Assembly: GCA_964019425.1 (NCBI GenBank) | Contig: OZ025786.1 | Coordinates: 124,001 to 188,000 of the forward strand | Reading direction: 5' to 3' | From: Flectonema sp. DT1601 | Taxonomy: Eukaryota | DNA length: 64,000 nucleotides | In this document: piece after piece, positions 22,937 to 33,302 of the stretch | Layout: each line of letters starts with the position of its first letter | How positions within the stretch are numbered: position 1 is the first letter of the stretch | Notes under the pieces: model-generated | What the model was told of the DNA's origin: nothing | The model's input: the letters and a program-made list of their open reading frames with translations, nothing else | Databases searched by the model: none | Position numbers and translations under genes: made by a program

Positions 22937-25768
22937 TTACTTCGGGATCTCAATGCTACCATATGCAAGGGTCCTCTTGCCATCAGGGCAGATGTATCGC
23001 TTGTCATCATATCTACTTAATGCAACACGTTGGAACTCTTTTGTCATTAGTCTTGTACTCTTACTGGTTATGGAGTTGTAGGTCACAGACTTACTCTCAC
23101 CAGTCTCAAGAGTGTTAGAGAAGTCATCTAATTTAAACTTTGCAGACTTGGATCTTGGAACTCCCTTAGCTTTTACATGTGTTTGGGCTTCATCAACTAA
23201 TGTGTAAGCATATGTCTTGGCTCTTAGGAAGATACCTTCACTGATCAGTTTGCCATCTGTCTCATCCTTGAAGTACCCCGCAACCTTCTTGTTTGTTTGA
23301 GAACAGGAAGTGGTCCTCTGGGTAGTTGCAGGTGTCCAGTTCATCCTTGATACCTTCCAGTGACTTATGTAGGTCATCTGTCTTGATGTGTAGAATGAAG
23401 CTGTCTGTGTCAGTATAGACGAGTGATATGTTGTCCCGTCCATAGTGTGGGATTAGTTTGTCATAGAAGAAGCCTGTCATAAGTTGTTTGCTGTAGTCTA
23501 AGATCTGACTACCAGCATATACAGGCTTGTTGAGGGTTACGCTCCGCTTGTGCATATCCAACATGCAGAAGTTACCAATGTCAACTCTACTGAACTTGAA
23601 TGCATAGTGAGATTGTTCCTTTACTAATTTGTCATAGTCGTTCTCAACTATCTTACATGAAGCTCTACCACGAACGTTCTCCAGTGTCTTGCCATAGACT
23701 GCGTTGTTCAGTAACTTATATAGGTCCTTCTCAAATTCATTCTTAGCCTGCTGTCTAAACCCTGTATTCAACTCAATGTACTGTCTAAGCCAAGCCTTCT
23801 GATCATAGCTGACAATGCGATGAACTTTCTTCAGCACCAAACCGTGATCTAACAGGAACGACAGGTACTCGATATTGTAGATCTGTTTGACTCTTGGATT
23901 GAAGTCGCATATCAACTTCTTATGACCAGCCTTGTCCTTCTTGCAACCCAGCTCACCCTTCTGATATGGAGACAGTTCGTCATAGTCTACTGATCTGTTG
24001 TATGGGGCGAGTGGGAAGTCCCAGTGGTCCTTGTGCAACGACTCAGGATACTCTAGGTCAACCTCTATAGCATATCCTGTTGACTGTTGATCATCATAGC
24101 TCCTTATGAACTCTGGGGTTACAAATGAGGTGTCCTTCACCCACTGGAAGTTTGCATAGGGCAAGAACTTCATCATCGCCCAACCATACAGGTTGTTTGC
24201 ATCTGTGTACCAAAGATAGCTTGGGTCCTTGTCCTTGTTGAAGTCTGCAGTGTTTGGGATGTTTGCCTTTACATGTCTCTGAACAGCCATCGTCAGCCCA
24301 CCTCGCTTCTGATCTTCAAAGAACGCATACATGTCAGGGTCAGATACTAAGTCGAGTTGCACGTTGGTGTTCAGGAGCATCGCATCCCAACTGTAACTGC
24401 TCAGTGAAACATAGTAGACTGGATCGAGTCTATGAGAGGCTATAAATGTGTTGCGATAGTTGTCCATCACATCAGCCAATCCCAATATATCCCCTGCCAG
24501 ATATAGATCGTGATAGTCTTTGAATGACTTCATCTTCAGCATGGTCCATATCTTCTTTGCCTTGGCGAACGTCTCCCTGCTGATGTGCTTATCGCTAAGT
24601 GTGTCATACCATTCCTTCTTTCGAGGCAACTCCTTGGCACTTAACCTCTTGTGATTCTTAAACCATGTGTATGGAAACGCACCTTTAGATAGGAGTAAGC
24701 TTAGGTTCTCCTCATTTACTTCAGCACCAGCATCTGCAAGCTTCTTAGACATGAAGGCAGTCATCCTAGGTTTGTGGTTGTTTGGTAGGTTCTTCAACAA
24801 TGTATCAAGTGATGATGGGATCAGTTGAAGACTATCCTTTACACATACCTTGATGCGATCCATGTACTCACCACGTTTGAACTTGAACGATATGAGCATC
24901 GTTGTCTCACTGTTGTTCTTGATGGCATCGAGGTTGTTACGAGTGTATTTCTTGCCATCTTTGCAGGCTGTCTCATAAGTAAGTGGTAGATCAGAGTTAC
25001 CAAGCATCCTCCAGATGTGGTTGTTGTCGTAGCCTCTGGCGTTGTGGAAGTAGAGCGGTACATCACCATACAGTTGCTTGTCCCTAACGTTGATATTGCA
25101 ACCACTACATGAAGCACCTCTATACTTACCTGTTAGATGGCAGTGATCATGGACCTTTGCCTTGTCGCTACTAAAGGGTTCCTCGCAATAACAACAGTGA
25201 GTGGACAGTTCATATTCTCTAACCTGAGCCTTTGTAATAATCATCTTGCTGACATCTGTAAATAATTTCTTTTTCCAATATTGACGTTGCCCATTATCTT
25301 CTTCAGATCGTTGTAGAATGAGTCGAGTGTCTTCTTCTCAAAGTCGGCTGTGTATAACTTCTCATCAATGGCTGGATCATATGTGTACATGTAATCAGTT
25401 GCATACTTCCAGTTCAACTCTGGAGACATCAAGATGGATCCTATATGAAGATGCCAAATGGCGACCACCTACAATCATGCTTTCGAAGTCTGCGATCATC
25501 ACGAAGGGTTTCTTCACAGTGTTGTTGTAGTTTGTGAACTTGATTTTGCTACCCTCCTTTGGCATGGTTACACGGGATGCCTCGTTGTTCTTGCAATTGT
25601 TAAAATGTTCGAGCATCGTTGTTTCTTTCTTGAACGAGTGCAGGCATCTGGGGCAGTGGGAACCATGTTTTGAATCGCTACCCATGAGACGGCCAAGTGA
25701 CTTGATCCACATGTAATGATCTTCGAAGAACAGAAGATTAATCCAATCCTCACAGGTGGCATCACCAA
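22937..25768 (-). pseudogene. Protein-primed family B DNA polymerase, frameshifted
   Basis: IADFES, VHDHCHLTGKYRG, FHNARGYD, KDSL, TDANNLYGWAM, KLLNNAVYGK, YTDTDS, LRAKTY and KAKGV spread over several overlapping ORFs. Confidence 0.95.
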
Positions 25769-25789
25769 ACTGTAAAAATAAATAAAAAG

Positions 25790-26350
25790 ATTATAAAAAA
25801 AAAAAAAAGAATAAACAATGTTATCATTGTTTTTTTTTATCGATCGACTATGTCGATTACTTTCTATTTTCCGTCCCGATCGAGACGCTAAACTGATTGT
25901 TTCCTTTTTTTAAATAATAAATAAAAAAAAAAAAAAAAAAAAAAAAAGAGCATCTCCCTGCTATCCTCATATCCCCACAATAATATTATACCTTTTCATT
26001 TTCTCTTTCCTTTTCTGGTCTTTTTTTTTTTTTTTCTTTTTTTTCCTTTTTCATACAACGTTTTTTATTTATATTTTATTTTTTTTTTTATTTTTTTCAT
26101 GTTTGATTATTTCCTCTTCATATTTTTTTTTCTTTTCTTTCTTTTTTTTTTTTTTTTCTCTGCCTCTCTCTTAATTCTGTTCGTTTCTTTGAAACGAAAA
26201 TTCATTTGAATATTATTCCTTGGTCAGCAACAGTCATTGTCGCCCTCTGGGCCTGTTAAAAAAAAAAAAAAAAATAAAAAGAAAGTTTACATCGGGAATA
26301 GGGCAGGAGCCAAAAGCTCCCAGTCCGTTACTTCCCACTCTATCGAATTC
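25790..26350 (-). mobile_element. Satellite-head element plus one satellite unit, inverted
   Basis: Reverse complement of 51817-52300; ends sharply at ...CTATCGAATTC. Confidence 0.9.
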
Positions 26351-26646
26351 TTACAGGTTGTCTCATAGGTAAGTGGTAGATCAGAGTTGCCAAGCATCCT
26401 CCAGATATGGTTGTTGTCATATCCTCTCGCGTTGTGGAAGTAGAGAGGTACATCACCATACAGTTGCTTATCCCTGACGTTGATATTGCAACCACTACAT
26501 GAAGCACCTCTATACTTACCTGTTAGATGGCAGTGATCATGGACCTTTGCCTTGTCGCTACTAAAGGGTTCCTCGCAATAGCAACACCTTGTGGACAGTT
26601 CGTGTTCTCTAACCTGAGTATTTGTAATGATCATCTTGCTAACATC
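26351..26646 (-). pseudogene. Second pPolB fragment (HDHCH region)
   Basis: Near-identical to about 24960-25256. Confidence 0.9.
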
Positions 26647-26648
26647 GG

Positions 26649-27503
26649 AGTTGAATTTCCAGGTGAGATTTGGACTGTTAGCTTTTGGCTAAGGCCCTCC
26701 CTGAAGAGCAAGAACAAAAAAACTACTCACACCTGAAGAAAACATACACAAAGAACACACTGTAAGCTGTGTGTGTATTTTGTGTTTGTCAGAACAGGAG
26801 AGAAAAGAAAGAATGTCAAGGTTGGTCACCTTGCCTATCAACGCACAACATTGGTGGTCTCTACTAGACCCTGAGTGATCCCACTGGATCTCTCATCGTT
26901 CATAGTACCTATGTGAAGTTATAAAATCAAAGGTAAACTATGAACTACAAATGACTTAGCCTGTTATTATAATGCCACAGGCAGGCCCTGCATTCAGCAA
27001 CTATCCAGCAGTGCTTGGATGTCCTGATCTTCTTCTAAAAAAAAGAAAGAAAGAAAAACAAAACTGTAGCTGGGATCACTCAGGATCAACAGACTACCAA
27101 TGCTACCTGTTGTACTTGCTCACTATGGGGGGTGATGCCAAACACCCAGAAGTACTTAACTGCTTTCCTTCTTGCTGCCCAGGAGTTTCTGACCAGAACT
27201 AATAGAAAATAAAAAGTAGATGGGAAACAAAAAAAAGTAAAATGGATATAACTGAAGTTAAACAAGACAAATGAAGTAACAGACCAGAACAGTAATTGTA
27301 GTAAAAGATAACAAATAAACAAATGCAAGTATCAACACATGATTTAATTACACCAGCAGCTAACAAACAACATAAAATTGAAGATCAGTTGCCAGAGTAT
27401 TTCAACCATGGTAGAATACTCGCCCCTCTGGCAGGGATTATCCCAGACTTGTCCTTTAATTTAGTTGGACACCATGGCTTACAACCCTTCCAGAGGGAAG
27501 CAC
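26649..27503. mobile_element. Non-autonomous element of the GAGTTGAATT long-TIR family, truncated
   Basis: 26649-26849 matches 46087-46287; 26971-27503 matches the reverse complement of 47028-47578. Confidence 0.7.
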
Positions 27504-27504
27504 T

Positions 27505-27908
27505 GAATTTCGATAAAGTGGGAAGTAACGGACTGGGAGCTTTTGGCTCCTGCCCTATTCCCGATGTAAACTTTCTTTTTTTTTTTTTTTTTTTTTAACA
27601 GGCCCAAAGGGCGACAATGATGGTTGCTGACCAAGGAATAATATTCAAATGAATTTTCGTTTCAAAGAAACGAACAGAATTAAGAGAGAGGCAGAGAAAA
27701 AAAAAAAAAAAAAAGAAAAGAAAAAAAAAAAAAATATGAAGAGGAAATAATCAAACATGAAAAAATAAAAAAAAAAAAATAAAATATAAATAAAAAACGT
27801 TGTATGAAAAAGGAAAAAAAAGAAAAAGAAAAAAAAAAAGACCAGAAAAGGAAAGAGAAAATGAAAAGGTATAATATTATTGTGGGGATATGAGGATAGC
27901 AGGGAAAT

Positions 27909-27943
<35 letters not shown>

Positions 27944-28195
27944 TTATTATTTAAAAAAAGGAAACAATCAGTTTAGCGTCTCGATCAGGACGGAAAATAG
28001 AAATTAATCGACATAGTCGATCGATAGAAAAAAAACAATGATAACATTGTTTATTCTTTTTTTTTTTTTTTTTTAAATCCTTTTAATTATTTTAAAGAAA
28101 AAACAATCAGTTTAGCGTCTTGACCAGGACGGAAAATAGAAATTAATCGACATAGTCGATCGATAAAAAAAAAAAACAATGATAACATTGTTTAT

Positions 28196-28228
<33 letters not shown>
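27505..28228 (+). mobile_element. Satellite-head element followed by satellite units
   Basis: Starts GAATTTCGATAAAGTGGGAAGTAACGG; ~450-bp head, then the satellite, which resumes at 32952 and 43543 after nested insertions. Confidence 0.9.
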
Positions 28229-28230
<2 letters not shown>

Positions 28231-28622
28231 AGGGATAGAGAGGCAGGTAAGTGGGAGTGCAAACCCTCGGAACCAGCGATCCTTATGATGTATGAATGCG
28301 TGCTAAAAATATAAACCACATCAACAGTCTTAAGCTGGTTTTACAGGTCCCACGATTACCCGTCGCCATGGCGAAGAAAAGATAAGTAAATTATAACTCA
28401 TGATGGCTCACAAGGTCACGTTTTGTTTTGCTTTTTTTTTTTTTTTTTTTTTTTTTTTCTTTTTTTTTTTTTTTTCCTTCCCCATTTCTTTTTAACCCCT
28501 GAGTAGTATAGTATGCTCGTTCGCAGTGTTCCCTGGGCACGCATTGGTTCTTTTCTTTTGCTCACCCTTTTTTTTTTTTTTTTTTTTTTTCCCTTTCACT
28601 TTTTTTCACTTGTTCCTTCTTC

Positions 28623-31436
28623 CTAGTCGTCGTCTTCTTCGTTACCTGAGCATGACCGTGTTAGGCTCCCTGTTCCTACTCTCCTCTTGTTTCCAAACAC
28701 TTGCTTCCGCAGCCTACCTCTATTACTCCGCCGTCTCACCAGCTCTCTCGCAAAGTTCCCTAATGTCTTCGAACCCGACGACGACGCGTCTGTACTACTC
28801 AGATACAGAAGGTCCCGATCAGCTCCAGCCGGCCCCTTCCGCGCCTTGTCATGGGCTCTCCTTCTCTTCGTCTTCGTCTTTTTCGCCTCCTTGGCGAGTT
28901 TGGCTTTCAGCGCGGCCAGATCACAGCATTGGTCGAAGTCGCATTTGCTACAGTTTACCATCAACGTACCCTTCAGTCTCTTCCTGCGACATCTGTTGCA
29001 CCACCCATTGCTAGCCAAGGGTCTCCTCCTAAAGTTCCTCGGGAGCCATCTGTCTCCACACAGACACTTTCCCAGCTCAGGTGGATCTTCCGACGGTGCC
29101 GAGCATGTTGAGGTGTCATCATCGCCCGAATTCGTCACATCTGTGTCCATGCATGTCATTTCGGAGTCTGATGTCTCCGACGACACAGCTCGCTGCAGCC
29201 GCATGCCGTCCCCTGCGTGATCCTTCGCCGTCTGTTCATCCAACACGGTTCGAGGGGAACTCCCTTCCTCCAGCAGCACCGGTGTTGCATCATCGCACCC
29301 AGTCTTGGTTGCAAGCTTCGAGTCTTCCAGCAGATTGTTTTCCTGTTGGGCGCTTTCTGACTCTTGTGGCTCGGTTCCTTCGGCTGGCTTCTTTACTACA
29401 TTAACCTCCTCCTCCTGCCGCCCCCTCTCAGCACGTGCCTCCGCCGTCGCTGTTCCCTTCTCAAATTCTGCCTGCAGGAGCTCATAGTCAGGCAGCACAG
29501 GTATCGCCTCTCCGTCAGCGAGTCGGGTCACGGTCTCTTGCTTCGAATCTTCGTGCACTTTGATTTCCTGTTGTGTGCTCTCTGATTCTTGTTGCTCGAT
29601 CCCACCGGCCGACGCTGTCTCCTCCGCGTTCGACTCCGTCGGCGGTTTGTCCCGTCCCGGTTGCGAGTCAGCCCCTGTTGGTGTCTCTGCCTGTTCGGGC
29701 CCTGTGCGATGTTCGCAGTCCGGTGTCACACGTCCGCTACCCGGCTTGGGGTCCTCCTGCAGTCTGTTTTGCTGTTGGGCATTGTCCGACCCTTGTTGCC
29801 TGGTTTCCTTGGCCTCCGCTAGGGGTGGCCCATCTGATGCAATGTGCGATGAAGGAGCTCCAGCTGGGCCGTCCATCGAGTCCCTCCGCGGGTCACTCGA
29901 CTTTGTCTTCTTCAGGTCTGATGGCGAGCGTCCTCCCAATCTCCGCTTGGTCGGCCCCTGTGTTATCGCCAGTGGGCGTGTCCTTACCGCCTCCGCTACC
30001 TGGCCTCGCCGGTCGCCTAACGCGGGTCGTGGGATCATCTCTACCATGGGGAAAGACACCATTGGCTTCCTCTCTGGGATTCCTTCGGGGACTCCGTAGC
30101 ACCACTCGTACGCGCTATGCCTCACCTCTCTCGGTAGATCGGCGATCTTCAGGGAGATCCCCGCCCCGCTCGCCTTCTGGACCATGCCCCTCACCTGTGT
30201 CCATTCCCCCTCTTCCCAGCCCCCCAAAGGCCCGTACGCCTGGACGTCGCCCAGCTTGCCGAGGACTCCACAGCTCGACAAGATATCACGCACTGCCCTC
30301 ATGAGGACGAGCATCGCTGGGTCCCCCGCTCCCTCCAAGCGGTTGAAACTCCATTGTTTCAGCATCGCACCACCTCCGCTCTCCAGCAAGTATGCTCTAT
30401 TCATCCCCGCAAAAAAGAGGTACGCCACGGAGCACGGTCCCCGCAGCCTCTGGGACTGCGAGTGTTCCACGCGTTTTGCTACCCCTCCAGGAAACGAGTG
30501 TACCTGTAACGAGGCCTCGCTCCACGTCGCGTAGCATCCCGGTCGCCTCCCTCGCGACACCACGTACCACTCCATGCTCTGGGCCAGTCCAGATAGGGTT
30601 GCCTGCCGGTGTCCCGGGTCCGTTCCCCGTATGAACGCATCCGCCTCCACCATGGTGTTGAACCCTTTGAACACCGCACAGCGCAACCCCGTCACCAGCG
30701 GCTCCGCCTCACCCCAGCTGGTGACTACTCCGGACCCATTCCTCCCATTCGCGATGGCGTAGAATTTGAATCTTCCCGCTGACTCGCGCACTTTGCTCCC
30801 GGGGGCAGGCATCGTCAGCGCTGTCTCATTCGGTTCCAGGTCGCCTCCACTGTTGCTCCGCCGTGGGGCTTTCCGTCCCTTCAGCCTCCTCAGCAGCATG
30901 AAGTGAGGTGTCGATGCCTGTACCTCCCGCCACGAAGCCTTCCTCTCCACTCGGTCGTTTTGGTGTAGCCATCGGCCCTCCTCATCACATGTGAAAGAGA
31001 CGTAGTGGCCTACCCCAGATATCCCCTGGTGGACCACCACTGCGCCCAGCTCATACCATGTGGCACCGTCTCGCGGTTCCAGTAAGACTTTCTCACTTAG
31101 AGGAATTCGCGGGAGTGCTCCTGGTCGTCCCGCTACACACAGGATCAGTATCTCCGGCGCGGCCACCAGTTCCGTCCTCCTCGTTGAGTGCCCTCTCTCC
31201 CCGCATGAATCACATACATAGTCCGTCACCCTTACGGAGAGCCAGAGGTTCGACAACGCCTCCTGTATCTCCGCGGCTCGATGCACGAACAGCCCACGCT
31301 CTTCCTGCGGCATCGATTTCTCGTTCAGGCAGCGGGCACACGACGTCGTCACAACCATCCCACAGGCGAACATCCTCGAGAACGGACTCGCGGCTCCTGC
31401 TCTTCTCTGGATGTCGTCCACTAGGTGCAGTAGCAA
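28623..31436 (-). CDS. 5'-truncated ORF: C-terminal half of a USP (peptidase C19) + two RNase H1 hybrid-binding (caulimovirus-VI-type) repeats + low-complexity region + Cys-rich zinc finger
   Basis: USP His box YELGAVVVHQG...GHYVSF...WLHQND; KFYAIANGR...VVTSWGEAEPLVTG...FKGF and WYVVSRGRRPGCYATWSEASLQVHSFPG; CNRC...CSKCDFDQC; GC-rich, intronless, T-runs on both sides. Confidence 0.8.
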   Translation of the reverse strand: MLLHLVDDIQRRAGAASPFSRMFACGMVVTTSCARCLNEKSMPQEERGLFVHRAAEIQEALSNLWLSVRVTDYVCDSCGERGHSTRRTELVAAPEILILCVAGRPGALPRIPLSEKVLLEPRDGATWYELGAVVVHQGISGVGHYVSFTCDEEGRWLHQNDRVERKASWREVQASTPHFMLLRRLKGRKAPRRSNSGGDLEPNETALTMPAPGSKVRESAGRFKFYAIANGRNGSGVVTSWGEAEPLVTGLRCAVFKGFNTMVEADAFIRGTDPGHRQATLSGLAQSMEWYVVSRGRRPGCYATWSEASLQVHSFPGGVAKRVEHSQSQRLRGPCSVAYLFFAGMNRAYLLESGGGAMLKQWSFNRLEGAGDPAMLVLMRAVRDILSSCGVLGKLGDVQAYGPLGGWEEGEWTQVRGMVQKASGAGISLKIADLPREVRHSAYEWCYGVPEGIPERKPMVSFPMVEMIPRPALGDRRGQVAEAVRTRPLAITQGPTKRRLGGRSPSDLKKTKSSDPRRDSMDGPAGAPSSHIASDGPPLAEAKETRQQGSDNAQQQNRLQEDPKPGSGRVTPDCEHRTGPEQAETPTGADSQPGRDKPPTESNAEETASAGGIEQQESESTQQEIKVHEDSKQETVTRLADGEAIPVLPDYELLQAEFEKGTATAEARAERGRQEEEVNVVKKPAEGTEPQESESAQQENNLLEDSKLATKTGCDDATPVLLEEGSSPRTVLDEQTAKDHAGDGMRLQRAVSSETSDSEMTCMDTDVTNSGDDDTSTCSAPSEDPPELGKCLCGDRWLPRNFRRRPLASNGWCNRCRRKRLKGTLMVNCSKCDFDQCCDLAALKAKLAKEAKKTKTKRRRAHDKARKGPAGADRDLLYLSSTDASSSGSKTLGNFARELVRRRSNRGRLRKQVFGNKRRVGTGSLTRSCSGNEEDDD

Positions 31437-31569
31437 CTTTTTTTAGGGAAAACCTACAGATCCACCCCCAGGTTTGGAGAAACGTATACTACGGTCACGG
31501 CCTTGTGTAGCTTTTTTGACCTTTTTTCCAAATCGACAGCCCTCTATTCTGGGCGAAGTTTTTTTCGAA

Positions 31570-31641
31570 TCCGTGATAGCGCAGTGGTGTTGGTGCCGGA
31601 CTGAAGCCCTGGAGGTAGGGGGTTCGAGTCCCTCGGGGGGA
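31570..31641 (+). other. tRNA-like (Phe/GAA-derived) Pol III module
   Basis: A-box TAGCGCAGTGG, anticodon arm CCGGA-CTGAAGC-CCTGG, B-box GGTTCGAGTCC, then a T-run; acceptor stem poorly paired. Confidence 0.7.
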
Positions 31642-31914
31642 TTTTTTTTTTTTTTCCGGAATTTTTTTTCTGGGCATCTGTTCGTCTCGCTGTTACTCAA
31701 TTTTTTTTAAGGCTTTGTTAACTTTTAAATACTACCAACGTGGTGCAGCGTAGCAACGCAATGATGCCCTCAAGGTTTGTTATTTGCCAAATCATCGTTA
31801 GGGTTAAGCGTAATTAAGGTAAAGAGTATGCTGACAGGTGAGTGATGACTGCAACCGACAACATGCAAGTTAGTGATTCGAACGGCCCAATTTTTTCGTT
31901 CAGCTTTTGGGGCC

Positions 31915-32225
31915 TGCAAACCCAGCCAAGCGTTCATTGCTTTTGATCCTTCAATGTCGGCTCTTCCTAGCCTAGACAAGCAGAATTGTCCAAGGGTTGG
32001 ATAGTTCACCCACTAACAGGACCGTCATGAGACAAGTTTTACCTACTGATGGGGAGAGACCCCCTTGGGGCAGTGTAAGTCGACCGCAATACGGGGTAGT
32101 ACGAGAGGAACTCCCGTTTCTAGTCCCTGGTATCTACGGTTCTCCGATCGGAGCCGTGATGCTACACAACACATCCGCAGTGACTGTGCTTGACTATGTT
32201 AGCCTTTGAAGTAAGCCAGACTGGA
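31915..32225 (+). pseudogene. Degenerate LSU (28S) rRNA fragment, domain V to sarcin-ricin loop
   Basis: GCCAAGCGTTCAT, TTTTGATCCTTC-ATGTCGGCTCTTCCTA, GGTTGGAT-GTTCACCCACTAA, GACCGTC-TGAGACA and AGTACGAGAGGAAC in the correct order, with internal deletions. Confidence 0.88.
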
Positions 32226-32769
32226 TCACTTAGTCACCACTGGTGGTTACTTTTTGATCGTGTTAGGGCTTGCGTCCAAAAGATTACAACAATAAGAATG
32301 TTTTTTTATGAACATTACAATTAAGTAACTACATCAATAGTTGACTAACTTACTTCTACACCATGATGAGAGAATAGAGGTTAACAGGACGATGGATTAC
32401 TCTCTTATGTTAAAGTTAAGTTTAACTTAACTTAAGGAAGAATTGCGCGATAGGACAGAAGGCTTCCAAGCGAGGTCCTAAGTCGAGTGGAAGTTTACAC
32501 TATTGACCTTGAAGAACGACCCGCGTGTGAATTTGATGCAGGGTCTTTGTAAGGTACCAATGAGGTTCTGGTGTAAGACTTTCAAACGATGTTGTTAGTC
32601 AGCAACCTGCACTAAGCAATGTTTCAGAGCGACGAGTGTCCGAACGTGACAGAACGAATCAGCAGTACGGATACGACGCACGACGTCAGCGGCGGCGTTC
32701 CTGACCGAACGGCCAGTGCAGACAGTGTACCTGTTGGTCACTGGGGAAAAAAAAAAAAAAAAAAAAAAA

Positions 32770-32840
32770 GACCCGACAGGGGTTCGAACCGCAGCCTAGC
32801 GAATGCAAGTCTGGAATCATACCACTCGACAATTTGCGTC
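32770..32840 (-). other. tRNA-like Pol III module
   Basis: A-box-like TGTCGAGTGG, B-box GGTTCGAACC, followed by a long T-run on the minus strand. Confidence 0.65.
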
Positions 32841-33219
32841 GTCTTCGATTTTGCGGATTTAAACACATATCCAGGGGTCAAAAAAGTTACACAAGGCCGT
32901 GACCGTAGTGTACGTTTCCCCAAACCTGGGGGTGGATCTGTAGGTTTTCCCTTTTTTTTATATTCTTTTTTTATTAATTTTCATACTTGTACCCCTTTAA
33001 AGGGGAATTAAAAATTAAAGCGGAAATAAAGGGCTTTTAATATTAAAGGGCTTTTAATTAATTCCCCTTTATTTTCCAATTTAATGAAATAAAGGGGAAT
33101 TAAAGGGGATTTAATGAATTAAAGGGCCCTTTATTTTAAAATTAAAGGGGATTTAATTCCCCTTTAATTTGGAAAAATAAAAATAAAGGGCTTTTAATGG
33201 TTTTTAATTAAAAAAAAAA

Positions 33220-33291
33220 TCCTCCACCAGGACTCGAACCTGCAGCCTAGCGAATGCAAATCCACAATCATACCAGTGGACAACCAGCGTC
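33220..33291 (-). other. tRNA-like Pol III module, homologous to 32770-32840
   Basis: TGTCCACTGG A-box-like, GGTTCGAGTCC B-box, T-run terminator; shares TGGTATGATT and TTGCATTCGCTAGGCTGC with the 32770 copy. Confidence 0.65.
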
Positions 33292-33302
33292 ACTTAAAAA
33301 AG

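Larger units (their letters stand above)
20621..25773 (-). mobile_element. Decayed Polinton/Maverick-like element fragment
   Basis: Protein-primed PolB and an accessory ORF; a repeat-rich putative terminal region begins AGTAGTAG at 20621, as Polinton termini typically do; other end truncated by a satellite-head insertion. Confidence 0.75.
31446..32951. mobile_element. 1.5-kb non-autonomous TIR element (~75-bp TIRs, Mutator-like) with cargo
   Basis: GGGAAAACCTACAGATCCACCCCCAGGTTTGG...TTTTTGACC inverted at about 32876-32951; flanks (T)7A and (T)8A fit an 8-9-bp TSD. Confidence 0.88.

Noticed and set aside
28526..31510. Plus-strand ORFs antisense to the 937-aa ORF, and similar ones over the YR element
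   Set aside because: Shadow ORFs of GC-rich coding sequence; no motifs
31915..32225. Functional rRNA gene
   Set aside because: Short, deletes universally conserved segments, and lies inside a TIR element
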